A stretch of 64,000 nt of DNA, from positions 124,001 through 188,000 of the forward strand of contig DF237033.1 in the NCBI GenBank assembly GCA_000708835.1. The letters are read 5' to 3'. The stretch's first letter is position 1, and the number at the start of each line of letters is the position of its first letter. Shown here piece by piece: positions 1 to 12,864 of this stretch. The notes under the pieces were generated by a model. The model had not been told where the DNA came from. It saw only the letters and a list, made by a program, of their open reading frames with translations, and did no database searches. The DNA comes from Klebsormidium nitens. Its lineage: Eukaryota; Plantae; Klebsormidiophyceae. A program made the translations under genes and the position numbers.

Positions 1-26
1 CGAAACGTTCAAAGCGTACCCCGCAA

Positions 27-596
27 GTTGGACCACATGTTTCCTGATGAAGCTTCTGGAGGGCCAGAGCCGCCGCATCACGTGTACGGCTGGCAAAGTA
101 AAAGCTAACGACGAGGACTAAACTTTCGGAACCACCCTTTACAGCCGTTGAACCCATGAGTTCCGCAATTCGCGAAGATTCTAACAGCCTGAAAATCTTT
201 TACTGCAGGTTGGACGACGTACTTTCTGATGAAGATCCGTGAGGGCCAGAGCCGCCGCATCACGTGTACGGCTGGCAAAGTAAAAGCTAACGGGACGAGG
301 AGTAAACTTTCGGAACCACCATTTCCAAGATTTAACAGCCGTTGAACCCATGAACTCTGGGATTGCAAAAGATCCCAACAGTCTACAAATCTTTTTACTG
401 CAGGTTGGACGACGTACTTTCTGATGAAGATCCGTGAGGGCCAGAGCCGGCGCATCACGTGTGCGGCTGGCAAAGTAAAAGCTCACGACGAGGAACAAAC
501 TTTCGGAACCACCATTTCCAAGATTCTACAGCCGTTGAACCCATGAATTCCGGGATTTGCGAAGATCCTAACAGCCTACAAGTCTTTTTACTGCAG
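27..596 (+). repeat. Three tandem ~182-195 bp echoes of the acceptor and 5' end of ARI exon 597
   Basis: ctgcag|gttggacgacgtactttctgatgaagatccgtgagggccagagcc recurs at 209, 404 and 597 (real). A more decayed copy lies at 27. Confidence 0.95.
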
Positions 597-3500
597 GTTG
601 GACGACGTACTTTCTGATGAAGATCCGTGAGGGCCAGAGCCGGCGCATCACGTGCATGGCCCACAAGTGCAACGCCATCTGCGACGAGGAGAAAGTGCTG
701 AAGCTCGTGGCGGAAGCGGACCCGCTCGCCGTGGACCGCTACGAGCGCTCGCTGCTGGAGTCGTACATCGAGGACAACAGCAAGGTAGGAATGATTGCTT
801 CTTGTGACCTTTTTTTATCTTGCGGGCAGGTAATCTGTGCGGCTCCTTCGTTCGTTTCCTAATAGGAGGTTGCTGCTGCTCGGAGCTCACAGGAAGGTAG
901 GCAGATGGCGTTCGCTGCTGTCGGTATCCCCTCAACAGCGTTTGCTGGCGGAGCTCAATCGTGCGGACAAGCAGACCTCGCGGTGGCTCTCGCCGTTTTC
1001 GTTTAGCCGTACCATATTCCTGGTAGTGCAATGGATCCCACAATCAATAACGAGCAGCAAGGTAACTCTTTCGGCCGTGCATTGTCTTCTCTTGGTACGT
1101 CAGTTCTGCTGAACCGGCAACTTTATCTTCAAATGGTTATGGTCATAGCCACTTCTTCATAAATCATGCCGGAAAAGCTGAATCTGGAAGCATTCTGTGT
1201 TTTGCTAAGTCCAGTGGTGCCCCAAAGTCCCCGCGGCAACGCCCTCCTGGTCGGAGGCTCGGAATTGGACTGAGCTTTCCTTGAGAAAATGAACTTCGAA
1301 ACTCTATCTGAAGAATGGTGATTCTTAAAAGATCAAGTGGTGCCCTAGCAGCCCGCACTGCTGCAACGCCCTCCTGGTCGGAGGCCCAGATTTGGACTCA
1401 GCTTTCTCTGGAAAAAAGGAAACCTGAAATTATTCCCAAACGACTCGTGGATCTGTACAGGTCAAATGGTGCCCCAGCGTCCCGCACTGCGGCAACGCCC
1501 TCCGAGTTGAGGGCGAGCCTTACGTGGAGGTGCAGTGCACGTGCGGGCTGACGTTCTGCTTCAACTGCGGCCTCGAAGCGCACTCCCCCTGCTCGTGCGA
1601 CATCTGGCGGCGGTGGGACGAGAAGTCGCGCGACGAGTCAGAGACGGTCAACTGGCTGGTGGCCAACACGAAGCCGTGCCCGAAGTGCGGAAAGAAGGTG
1701 GGAGCTCGGTTTTCAGATCAATTGTTGAGAGATTACTTCGAATTTCATGGTATATGATCAAGTCGTGCGACAAATCGGAGACGGTCAGGTGGGTGGTGGC
1801 CAGCACGAAGCCGTGTCCGAAGTGCGGGGAGAAGGTGGGAACTCCGCTCTTAGAGTTTGATATTTGCGGAGATCCTCCGAGAAAAGGTGTCTTCATTCTG
1901 GCGTGGTGGCGCACACGAAGTCTTGTGCAAAGCTGGAAAGAAGGTGGGAGCACACGTTGTTAGATTGACTATCGAGAAATGTTTCCAAGCCTCTCAACGT
2001 GTCAAAGACTTGTGCAACAAGTCTGAGACGGTCAACTGGCTGGTGAAGGTGAGTGAAGGCTGGACACGAAGCCTAGCTCGAAGTGCGGACACAAGGTTGG
2101 ACTCCATTTCTGTGGGTTCTTGGAGCTTAATACTCGCCCAGAAATTTGTCAAGCGTGCTGTCAGGCTGTCGTTACGGCCAACACGAAGTGACGGTATGCG
2201 TTGGGAGCACACGACTGAATTGACCAAAAGTTGATGTAGACAATCGACTTTCCTGTAACGTGCATTGAACGGTCGCAGGACGGGCCAAAGACCCCCTATT
2301 GGCTTTTTATTTTCTGTCTTGGGATTTAACTGTGATCTTAGTCGTGCTGATCTCACAGTCCCCAAGAACCGGTTCTCCGTTAGCAAAGGGTTCTCGTCCG
2401 TCAAATGGTTACCATCTTGGATAGGGAAAGTTGTGCTTCTTGATTGGTTTTCCGAATGTTCAATTTTTATTCGGCCCTTTCGACCCTGCCGAAGCTGAAG
2501 CTAACCTCAACTCTCTGCGTGTTCAGGTCGAGAAAAGCGGAGGGTGCAATCTGGTGCAATGTACCTGCAAACAGGTGCGTCAGAGTACCCCGGTTGTGAC
2601 AATCCGGTTCGAGCACTGTGGAATGCCTGCCACGTAGGCTGACTTTCTCCTTTCTCCTAGCTCTCAAATTCAGCACGAAATTCGCAAAGGCTCCTTCCAC
2701 TTTCTGGTAGCAGGTTGTCCAGCTGTGTCAATGGTGAGAGTGCCGTGACGAACGGGTTAGGCAGTCCGCGGAAGTCGAACGTAAAGACTTTGAACGGCTT
2801 TGCCTCCAGCAGGCTCGTCGAATTTTCGTACAGTAGAGAACATATCTCATCGAGTCTGTCTCAAGTAATCAGCTTACTTGGAGAGGCGCATCAAATAGTA
2901 AAAAAGATAACTTACTCGGAGCTGGCAACATTCGGATGAAACGAGACCGTTATTCCCAATTAGCGAAAGTATCCTGCTTGACAATTGCTTCACTTTGCTT
3001 GCAGCCCTTCTGCTGGCTCTGCGGCGCAGCGTAAGTGACTCGTTGTCCTCATCTTGCATTGAAAAGCTGAAAACGTGAATGCATGCGGGTCTGCATCAAC
3101 CAGGAAAGCTGAGAGTGTGTACGCCACCTATCAAGGCCCGATGTCCGAATGAAAATGTTAGCGTGCAAGAAGGTCGCCCTCGTTGGGACACAGCAAAATT
3201 GTTTGTCTCCTGCATCGTTGGGCGCTTATCGAGCATTCCCTTCTTTAGGACCTCCCTTCTTGTACTCCTTGTTCGTGAGTCGATGGACGTTCTAGTGGGC
3301 ACAGATATTTGAGGTGCAGAGCAATTTAGTATTTAACTCCAACTAGAAGAAACATTCAAGGGTCTAGATTTAAGCGCCCAGAACACTTTGGGCACTCCGT
3401 TCGTTCCTGCAGGACCGGCCTTGCCCATGACTGGTCTCGCATCGAGGGCCGTTCTTGTGGGCACAAATCACTGGGTAGAAGAGCAACTTGGAATTCCAAT

Positions 3501-6500
3501 CTCGAAAAGACGAAGCCTTCAAGGGTTAAATATTTCAGCGCTCTAGAAGATTTCGGCTCTCGGCATTCGTTGCTGCAGGACCGGCCTTGCGCATGACTGG
3601 TCGCGCATTGAGGGCCACTCGTGCGGGCGCTACAAGGAGGACAAGGAGCGGGAAGCCAAGAAGGCGGAGACGGACCTCAAGCGGTACATGCACTACCACA
3701 CCAGATGGAAGGGCCACATGGAGTCTCTACGGTGCGGATGTTTCTCCCATTTTAGTCGCTAAGATTTTTCTTTTTCGTGTGATTCGTTCGATTAAACAAA
3801 CGTGGCGTGCGGTATTGAAGCCAAAAAGACAGAGACGGACCTTAAGCGATACATGCACTACCACACAAGATGGAAAAGGCACATGGAATCCTTACGGTAA
3901 CAAATTGTTCCCCGTTTTGGCCTCTGATCTTTGCGCGGCACCTTCCGATCTGGATTGTGCTCCTGGATCTCTCGTGCTGTTTTTCGAATAGCCAGAATGA
4001 GCTCTCTGGAGGCGACTTTTGAAGCCGCAGCATTTTGAGGTGCATGCGAGAGTCGACGGGCGCAGAAGTTCACAAAGCTGGCATCTGAATTTCGAAGCTA
4101 CTTTCTGAATGTTTTTGAAACCTGAAGCTCACATGGCCTCGTTCTACAGGTTAGAGAAGGCAGCGCGATGTTGTCTGGTTCAAGGTTGCGGTCCTTGAGG
4201 CGAAGAGACCCTCGTCCTCAAAAGCTTTCGACCCAACTCCGGAATGGAACTCTGGAATTGAACTCCGGCATTGAACAACAGCGAGATCTCGTAAAGATGG
4301 TCTCTGAGGTCTTTGGTGCAGGTGTTGAAGATTCCGAAAGTCCAGCTTCTTTCACCTCAATGTATAGGTTGGATACCAGGCAGCGCAACGGGGTTAAGTC
4401 CAAGATTGCAATGCTTGAGCCAATAGACCATTGAACCCCAAAACGTTGAGTTCGGGAGCCAAACAAGAGCAGACTGTCATCAGAGCTAGCCCTGAAGTGC
4501 GATCCTGGCCGTTTTGCAAGCTAGTAACGCTCTCGTGCAGGCTGGAGGACAAGCAACGCGAGGTGGTCCAGTCCAAGACTGCGGTCCTTGAGGAGAGCGA
4601 GTGTATCGTCCCTCAGACCTTTGCAATGTTTGAAACCAAACAAACAGCAATGTTTTAAAGGCTGGCATTTGAAGTCCTGAATCACATTGCTGAACGCTGA
4701 AGCCCGTGCTCTCGTTCTACAGATTGGAGGACAAGCAGCGGGAAGTGGTCCAGTCCAAGATCGCAATCCTCGAGGAGAGCGAGTCCGTCGTTCGAGACTA
4801 CAGCTGGCTCACGAACGCGCAGTCGTGCCTCTTCCGCGCTCGCCGCGTCCTCGCCTACTCGTATGCGTTCGCGTTCTACATGTTCGGCAGCGATCTTTTC
4901 AAGGACGACATCTCGCCGGAGCAGAACGAGATCAACCAGAACCTGTTTGAGGACCACCAGCAGCAACTAGAGGCGACGGTCGAGCGGCTGGCCAAGTTGG
5001 TGGAGACGCCCTTTGATCAGGTGGGTGTGGTCGTATACCTTCAGGGCTGTCAGGAATCTGGACTTCCCCTTGAGTAGCTCGACAACAACCAGGACCTGTG
5101 AAAATATCAGGAGCAACTAGAGGCGACGGTCGAGCGGCTGGCCAAATTGGTGGAGAAGCCGTTCGATCAAGGAGGAGCTGTTCTGTCCACTTTGAACGTT
5201 GTTCGGAGTTGGGGGCTTTCCGTTGAGTCGCTCAAACCAAACCTAATCAAAATTGCTTCTTCGAGAATAGCCAGCAGCAACTAGACACGACGGTTGAGCG
5301 GTTGGCCAAATCGGTAGAGACGCCGTTGAATTAAATAGACACTCTCAGAGCTGTTGCATCTTCAAGATTCATGGGCTTCTTGCATGTTGGTATAATTTCT
5401 TCCCAATCCCAGTCTCAGTCAAACATAACGGGTTTGTTTATGAATTCTTTAAAGTCATACATCAAAGTAAAATATCAAAGTAGAATATCAAGGTAGTCGT
5501 GGAGCTTTGGGAAAGCCTGTGTGACCTGGTAGATTGCGGGCTTCTTAGTAAAAAGACAGCATATCTTGCACTACAGAGTTTTAAACACAACCACCAGCGA
5601 ACTAGGCGTGATAGTCGAGCGGATGGCGAAGCTTCAGGAGACGCCCTTCGACCAGAGACTGTTGTTCCACGCTTCCTCAATCGGAGTGGAAACGTTCTGT
5701 CGGCGTGGAAACCTTCTGTCATTGTCCGGCAAGTGCGCTTCACAGATTTGCCTGCAGACAACCGCTTTGTGGTGTATTTATAACGCCGTTCAACGGTTTC
5801 CTTGACGTGTTTACGTTCTCTGCGCAGTTCCGACGAGAAGGGAACGACATCCCTGCGATCCGGATGGAAGTTGTGAACCTGACGGCCATTCTGGAGACCC
5901 GCTGCAAAACCATGTGAGTCGCACTGCCTGCTCATCTGCCTCAATTCCGGCGGTTTCTATTTGCGTGAACCAGCGAATCAACCAATCTTCGCCCTATTTT
6001 TTTGGGAAGGTTGGCATTGGAACGGGACTAGAAGATAACTCGTGCACAATCGGGCCCAGATTTGCTGTCATTGAGGTGGCAACAATACCCCTGTCCATCA
6101 CACAGAGCAATAGGAAGGGCGGAAAGAGAGCTTGCGAATCCAATTCGTCCTTGCTTTTGATGACCTCTCAGGGGGTGTGACTGGGTTATTAACTTCACCT
6201 GCTTTCAAGCCAGCTGGATTGGACAGTTCTGAGCCGTCTGCTCCTTAATCGTTCTCGCTGAACTGGGGCTAGCTGAGAGTTTCAGGTTGCATCGCTGATT
6301 TTCTCATCGAAGTTTCAAAAGGCGCGTACATGGCAAAGCCGGCTCGGCTCAGTCTCCCTCCAAACTGACGGCCATCGAAATCCTGCATCTCAAAGCGTGT
6401 GCTTGCAAAGCCCTACTCACCAGGAAACGAAAAACAACGAAGACGTGCAAATGAAGGAGAACCGACCTGGTCAGCTCGGTTCTGTAAGCCCCCATCCCTA

Positions 6501-8636
6501 ATGGTCGGCAAGCAAACGCCTGAAACTAGCATCTTTCGAAACCCTAAGTCTTCAAAAGCCTAAAACGTCAGATGCTCCTGTCCAGGCACGAGATCGTGGA
6601 GAACGACCTGCTGGGATCTCTTCAAACGACCACCCATCACATCGCCCCCTACTACGCCAATGTAAAGCCGCTCCCCAACGAGGACTCTGCCACCGGAGAC
6701 GACACCGACTGCGGGGTGGGCGCCGCAGGGGTTGGCCCGAGTACCAGCCACTTTGACGAGGAGTGGCGGGAACAAGGGGCTGTAGAGGATTCAAATGACG
6801 TGCGAGAGCCAGGTAAGAGTACTTGCGCGCGAAAATGCTTACAAGTTCTTCCAATTTTTTAGCTCTAGTAACTTCGACGAGGAGTGACGGAACAAGGGGC
6901 TGTTGAGGATCCGCACGATGGGCGAGAACCAGGTAAGGGTACCTGCGCAATCTGCAGTTTTCGTTGCAAACTTCTTCAATTTTGGGAGCAGCTTCGAGGA
7001 GGAGTGGCAAAGCAAGGGGCCTTAGAGAACCCGAACGGTGGGCGAGGACCAGGTAACGTTTTCTATGCAAAGTCAGATTTTTAGGTGTTTCGCCGCATTC
7101 TTGTCGTAGGTTATTGGTTTTCCAGAGGGCAGCAATGGCGAAGACGTTGAAGGGAGCGAGGGGCTTCGGAGTCCCTTAGGTTCACAGGGCTTGATTTCGG
7201 AGGGGCCTTGGATTGCCATCAGAGGCAGCAGTCATTGTTACCCCTTGCTTTCAGAGTTCATGATCTCTGGTTTGGAACTGCTCCCGTCTTAGAGTACTCT
7301 GAAAAGACGAAGCCATAGCGAGTCGGGCTTAAAAGGTCCAGCCGGCTACCTCGGCAGACTGCTTGCTGCTTGCACATCCTTCATAGGACGTCCAGATGCA
7401 TAAGTCCAAGGCTTTTTCGCGTCCAGTCGTGGGAGTGCTTACAAAAAAAGGCCTGCAGCGCTTTGACAACTTCCAATCTACAGTTCTTTGCCCTCGAAGA
7501 CGCTCGTCCAGCGGCCGGAGCCTAAGAAGGTCGACTGCAAGCAAACGCAACGCTGCCAAGGAAGAGTCTTCGGCGACTGGTGGGAATCAATCTCATCCGC
7601 TCACGTTTTGCTCTTCACAGACGCCAACGCCGGCCCGGGATCCACCGATGTCAAGACCAACCCTTCCTCAGCAAATCCCTCCGGAACCGACGGCTGCGCC
7701 TCCCACCTAGACACCGAACGCGCCCTCAAAAGACCCGCCGACAGTTTCGTTGACCGATCGCCTCCCCACCCTGCCGCAAAACTGCCCCGCTCGAATCAAG
7801 AGGACCGCTTCGGGGGGCGAGAGCATGGGAAACCGGTACCCCCCGGAAATGGCCAAAAAGGGGGAACACAGGGCGGTGGGGCAGGACCGAGTGGAGTCGG
7901 AGGGAGTCAAGCGGGGGGGGAGGAGTTCAAGCCGAGTTGCCCCGTGTGCTTTGTGGAGTTTGGCAGTGGGACGGACATAAGCCACGTGACTGCCCACGTG
8001 GAAGAGGTCGGTCATTCTTACGTCTCTCGAATTCATGTTGATTAAGTGCCATGTTGACTCAAAAAACTGCCCGGGTTCTAGGTTTAGGGCGGGTATGAGC
8101 GTGGAGCATGCACTTCTGGGTTTAGGTGTGCAAACTTGTTTATGCCCACGAGCGAATATCTCATCAAACTGCCTTGGTTCAACAAAAAACGTGAAAGTAT
8201 GCCCCCTTGGGTTGTAAAGTCAGCATTGTCTAATATTCTGTCTCGTCTTTATTCGAACTGCCAATCTGCCGCTCGCCAAACGTCGATCACCGCGTCCTTT
8301 GCACCAGACGATTGTCTCGCCGTTCACATAAGTGCAAAAGCGCCCTCGATGGCTCTTTTCAAGTTCCAAACCGTTGTCCAAACATAGGATCTTTTGGACC
8401 TTTCGAGGGGCGTTTACCGCCCAATGCATAACCCAGTCTGTCGTCTGTTTGGCTTGCAGTGAGTAATCATCCTTTGCCTAGCAGCATCAGGTTACGAAAG
8501 ACTTCACAAAACTTGTAGACATTTGCCGGTTGAAAGGATCACACGATTTTGTGTTGTCTATGACTGTGTGTCGTATGACTGACTGACTTTGAATCTTGAC
8601 GTGTTCTTGCAGTGTCTACTGGCCATGGAACTGTAG
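597..8636 (+). CDS. ARI1: Ariadne-family RBR E3 ubiquitin ligase, 5' part outside window (end of RING1, IBR, RING2, Ariadne domain, C-terminal UBZ-like zinc finger)
   Basis: Phase-compatible exons 597-784, 1461-1697, 2527-2574, 3005-3030, 3579-3731, 4723-5020, 5828-5913, 6586-6812, 7621-8006, 8613-8636 (stop). Motifs: IBR VKWCPSVPHCGNAL...CTCGLTFCFNCGLEAHSPCSC; RING2 [31 protein letters not shown] with catalytic Cys; Ariadne RYMHYHTRW and RRVLAYSYAFAFYMF. Optional extra exons at 7126-7194 and 7484-7579 are unresolved. The symbol indicates the subfamily, not proven orthology. Confidence 0.93.
1198..2200 (+). repeat. Acceptor echoes (two, ~1205 and ~1330) and donor echoes (about four, 1755-2200) around ARI exon 1461-1697
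   Basis: Upstream: agtggtgcccc...gcaacgccctcc copies. Downstream: acacgaag...aag|gtggga copies with donors at 1835, 1944 and ~2096. Confidence 0.85.
3385..5665 (+). repeat. Echoes flanking ARI exons 3579-3731 and 4723-5020
   Basis: ctgcag|gaccggccttgc copy at ~3405; exon-end copy 3820-3898 (gcgatacatgcactaccacac...ttacg|gtaac); acceptor copies ~4145, ~4365, ~4535; exon-end copies ~5090, ~5270, ~5590. Confidence 0.85.
6870..7060 (+). repeat. Two 120-bp-period donor echoes of ARI exon 6586-6812
   Basis: ccag|gtaa at 6813 (real), 6933 and 7053, each preceded by a gaggagtg...caaggggc...gag block. Confidence 0.9.
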
Positions 8637-10351
8637 ATACAAAACGTCAACCTTTGTCGAAGATGCTTCTCTTCGTAGTCAAGGAAGCATCTCAAATTGC
8701 ACTTGTCTGCCCCGAACCGTCGGCATTAGTTTAAAGGAGAACATTCTGGTCCAATAAGCGGCTGCGGATTTACGGGAGACGATGAGAGAACACTTTGAGG
8801 GTATCAGACGAATGGTCTGGTGTACATACTGGCCGGTTGAATTTGAACTCTACTGTCAAACGAAGTCTCAGAGCGGCCATGGCGTGTACTACTGTAAGAG
8901 CGCGCAAGGTTATTCAAACGTCCGAACATTGAGTTGCTTTCCAGACCAGTGGTCAAACTCTGACTCGCCGCTGCGTTTTAGTCGACAATAGATATGCGGT
9001 TGGTCAGCTTACCTCGAAAAGCAGGCTTCCTTTCGCGGCCGCGCGTGACCCTCTAGCAGTTTAATGACCTCTGACCGCGCCCATGTTGGCCCTGCCATGA
9101 CCAGCGGTCTCCAGCCTTGGCAGGAATATATACATACTGATCCAGAGATTGAGTCCGTTCGGTCACTGCATGAGCGTATACAACACAGCATGTCTACGTA
9201 CCACTGGTGCAATATTCAAGCTACAATTTGAATGTATAACCTTATAGCAAGGGCCACGGTGCCAGAAGCATGAACGTGCTATAATTAACCAACCTATCAG
9301 TGAGTTTTGCGCGAACGTCCGGCTTGAACCAAACGGTTTTATTAATTTGTTAATCAGGTATGCTCAGGATGGACATGGGAAACCCCGGGCGGCCGGCCTG
9401 GCTCTAGCGGCGCCCCGCGATGTGATCACCAGGCTCGCCAGAGACGGTCTCCTTCTTGCGAGATCGACTGAGTCGCATCTCTCAAGACTTGTTTTGATGC
9501 GCGCCCGCGTACTCATGTAGATTGTGCTTCGTCGCCTTGCGGCGCACATGACGGTCAATATGTGCCGGCATCACATGATGTGCGGTCGTGACGGTGGTGC
9601 ACAGTATCACATGCAAGTCCGCCTTGGCCAGCTAGCCTGCCGCTGAAGGCGGCCACCCTGACATCACTTATGACGCGAACTTCAGCCAGTGCAACTTAGC
9701 TGTACCATATTGAACGGGCGGCACTGGCGCTAGCTGCATATTGAACTCGGCTTTTGTTGCCATATGAAAAAATCCTTAGTGTGCATCATGGCGGCCGCGA
9801 AGCATACATTGGGTGTGGTGACCCTGCAACGTCCGACTGCTCGAGCTTGGCCGGGCGACTTGCCAGACGTCGGGAGTCCAAAATTCCAGACTGGTGCACG
9901 AGTGTGTGCCATGGTCGAAGCCGTCTCAATAATGGTCTTGCTTGCGAATCTTATGCTCGGCCTTCATTTGCGGAAGTCCGTCTAGCGGGATGTACGTTTG
10001 AAGATAACCGTCTGTGCTGGGAACACGTCACGAAACTAGGACATCTACCAGCCTTTTGTGTAAGTGGTGGTGAGTTGACAGACACTCCAGTTACAATGCT
10101 AGAATCATGGCGATAAAGATGTCGCTCGCAGATCCGCATGACTCGGCTACATTCGAGCCAAGCAGGAAAGCAGATTTATATAGCCGGTTTAATACTGAGG
10201 TCTGGGTCCGCTTTACCTGCGATGAAAATCTTGACCCTCATGTAGAGCGATCTCCTTCTCCTATCCGACGGCAACAAGAACGGCTCACTAAATCTGACGG
10301 TTGACCGTGTCCGCCGCAGCCTCGAATCTTCGCAACGCCGGGAACACACAC

Positions 10352-11489
10352 CTATTTCTTGCATTTGGGCTTCCTGGTCTGACTTGCATTTTCCGGTGAA
10401 GCGTAGCTGTCTCCCCCCATACTGTCAAAGAGAAGGACTGTGGCAGTTAAAGTCCCGACCGCAACCGCTCCGCCCGAGGCCAGTCTAGAGGATGCCTTCA
10501 GTGCGTCGGGCCAAGACTCAAAAGTGTCGTCGAATGGAAACCAAGCGGTGCGCGGTGGCCCAGTAAAGCACCGCCATGCGATTGGGATGGCGCCTAAAGC
10601 AAGTCCTAGGGCTAGGGCTCCCTTCAGTACAGTGAGTCCGGCTTTCTGCATCACGGAAGAATCTGTTTTGAGCTTCTCAGGAACTAAGAGGGAATATGGA
10701 GGCCTAACGGAGTCTAGCTGCTTCGTCTGTGGCAGGTTCTAAATCTAGTGAGGGGTTACGGACGGTGTTATGGGTTAAGAGACATTGGGGCTGAAGATGG
10801 CCAAAAAAAACAAAGAAAAGGAATCACATCAGCAAACGTGAATGTCTACGTCGTCAAAAACACCTCATCAATACCATCTGATCGAGACCCCAACAGAGCC
10901 TCGCGGGAAAACTTAGAGATCACTATATCATCAAATTAGGCAGGTTCTATCTCGACCGCTATTGCCGCGCTTTATATACAGACCTCCGGTGGTTGAATTG
11001 TAAGAACAGATATTGGGAATGGATCCTAGACTTATTCTGATTCAGTATTGACCCGATATGTTCTATAAGAGTGCCTCAGGCTTCTTCGAAAGGGGCTGTC
11101 GAAGCGTGAAAGAACATTCAGCGTAAAGGCGCCCTGGACTTGATGTGAGCTAGCAATGGCCTCAAAGTTATCTCGAACGAGGGCTTCAGGGTTGCTTTTA
11201 CAAAACCAATACTGACAATCAGTCGTAAGCGAGAATGGATTCATGGGTTGCATTGTCTTAGCCATTGAGCCTGCTTTCAACGTACCTCCAACTCCTTTTT
11301 CCAGCCTTCCTTTTCAGCTCCACTCTGCTTGTCTCCTTCCCCTACCTCCACTTTCCCCTCCGCCTGCTGTGCTCCCGCTTCTGTGAGCTCCTCAGGCTTA
11401 GAAGCATCCCCAGTTTGAGCTGCTGGGTTTCGGATCGCAGCTTCAGAACCCCCTGCCGCCTCTTGGCGGCCAAGCGATATGCCGCTCAT
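10352..11489 (-). CDS. Small two-TM glycine-zipper membrane protein, paralog A1 (~165 aa)
   Basis: Exon 1 11489-11286 (acidic/disordered, ends WKKELE|GTACGT); exon 2 10645-10352 (cag|KAGLTVLKGALALG...CFTGPPR...GGAVAVGTLTATVLLF). Both phase 0. Confidence 0.75.
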
Positions 11490-11584
11490 GGTGGCACAAC
11501 CTTTGAGCTGCCTAGCTCAGACAGAGACTTCTCTACTGAGTTCTTACTGGCGTTCAAAGAAGAGTTCGTGACCGTCGCCGACGG

Positions 11585-11755
11585 CCCCGGCGCGGCCGGC
11601 CTGCGCACGGCTTGCCAGTTGAGGGTTTGACTTCAGCACGGTTTAAATGCGGCCGCGGGGAAGCGCCGCGCGCGCCCGCCGCGACGGTCTGTCCGATCCG
11701 AGTCGGCTCGGCCGCGGGCGCCCGTGCGCCCTCGCGCGCCCGCGCGCTGAAAGTA
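11585..11755. promoter_or_regulatory. CpG/GC-rich putative promoter island upstream of A1 (equivalents at 13915-14015, 17095-17210, 19675-19870)
   Basis: A conserved CGCGGCCGGCC core lies ~90-100 bp upstream of the ATG of A1, A2 and A3. CGCGGCCGG-rich island upstream of B3. Confidence 0.5.
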
Positions 11756-12615
11756 GCGCACTAGTGCCTCAAGATGCACGAATGAACGCTAAGTTGACCA
11801 CATCCATGGGGCATCCATGTCTCGACTTGCATGCCTCGCGTTGCTTGTGCAAGTATCAAATCAGCTTATACGACTCGGTAGCTTACAATACAGTAATGTC
11901 TGAGTTGTGACGGCTCCCGTGACGGCTTCTCTTGGTCGGCGCTTAGATTCTGCGACTTGATTCGCAAACCTTGCGCCCTCATGTAACAAAATCACAAATT
12001 ACTGGCAGAATCATCGTTCAAGACTAGATTGCGACTGAGCATGCGTACACCATTAAGCAGGAAGGCCGGCTGATAGGATCTCCGAAGCTTCGCACTTGAA
12101 GTCAGAACAAGCAGCAAGACCATTTTTGTCTTGCTGGTATTTTTTGCCAGTACATGAAAGATAAGCATCACCTGAAGCATCCGGCTCGTTCGACCATCCT
12201 AGTTAAAACGTCGGGTCGTCATCTTCAGTCCAAGCGGGGTCCGAGCCCAGCTGTCTGCGATCCGTTTCATGTCAGAGTCGCCGAAAGGAATGAAGTTGGA
12301 ACTGCTGTATGTCTCCAAGGCAGAGACAAAGCCAGTGCAGAAGAAATCAAGCACAGAAATTCAGATTATTGCCTGTTGTCGATTCAAAATGTTGTAATCT
12401 GAGCGTAGCATCCATGAGTTTGCCAGTGATACGTAGACTTTCTGGCCGACGTCTTATGACCAAAAGCCCTCCCTAATGCATTCTGAAGCCCTACCCACGA
12501 CCTTGATAAACTGCCCCACTTTGGTCGAACAATGTGAAAATTGAAAGTTGTCATCATCTGTTCTGTTTGATCAATGATGGGTCGATTTGTAATCTACCAA
12601 GTATGCAAACGTCAA

Positions 12616-12710
12616 CTAGCGGAGACCTTCGGTCTCTCACTTGAAGTCCTTCTGTATGCTTTCAAGAAGGAAGTAGGCGGCAGTAGAGGCCCGGCCGAGA
12701 ACCGCTCCAA
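12616..12710 (-). pseudogene. Remnant of paralog B (B1-psi): 3' end of exon 2 only
   Basis: ttctgtatgctttcaagaaggaagtaggcggcagtagaggcccggccgagaaccgctcc closely matches 18017-18075 of B3 and abuts the 3' flank of A2. Confidence 0.8.
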
Positions 12711-12864
12711 GCCTGATCGGCTTTGAAAGTCTTGAAGTCCATGCAGGTCGGTCTCATTTCATCTTCCCTGACCGTCACAAGAAAGGCTTACTGAATCTGT
12801 CACACACGCATGACGCCTCGGGCCTTTGCAGTACACGTACACTTTTATCGCATTTTTATCGCAT

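Noticed and set aside
105-664. Minus-strand ORFs with internal peptide repeats
   Set aside because: Antisense readings of the ARI acceptor echoes; not genes.
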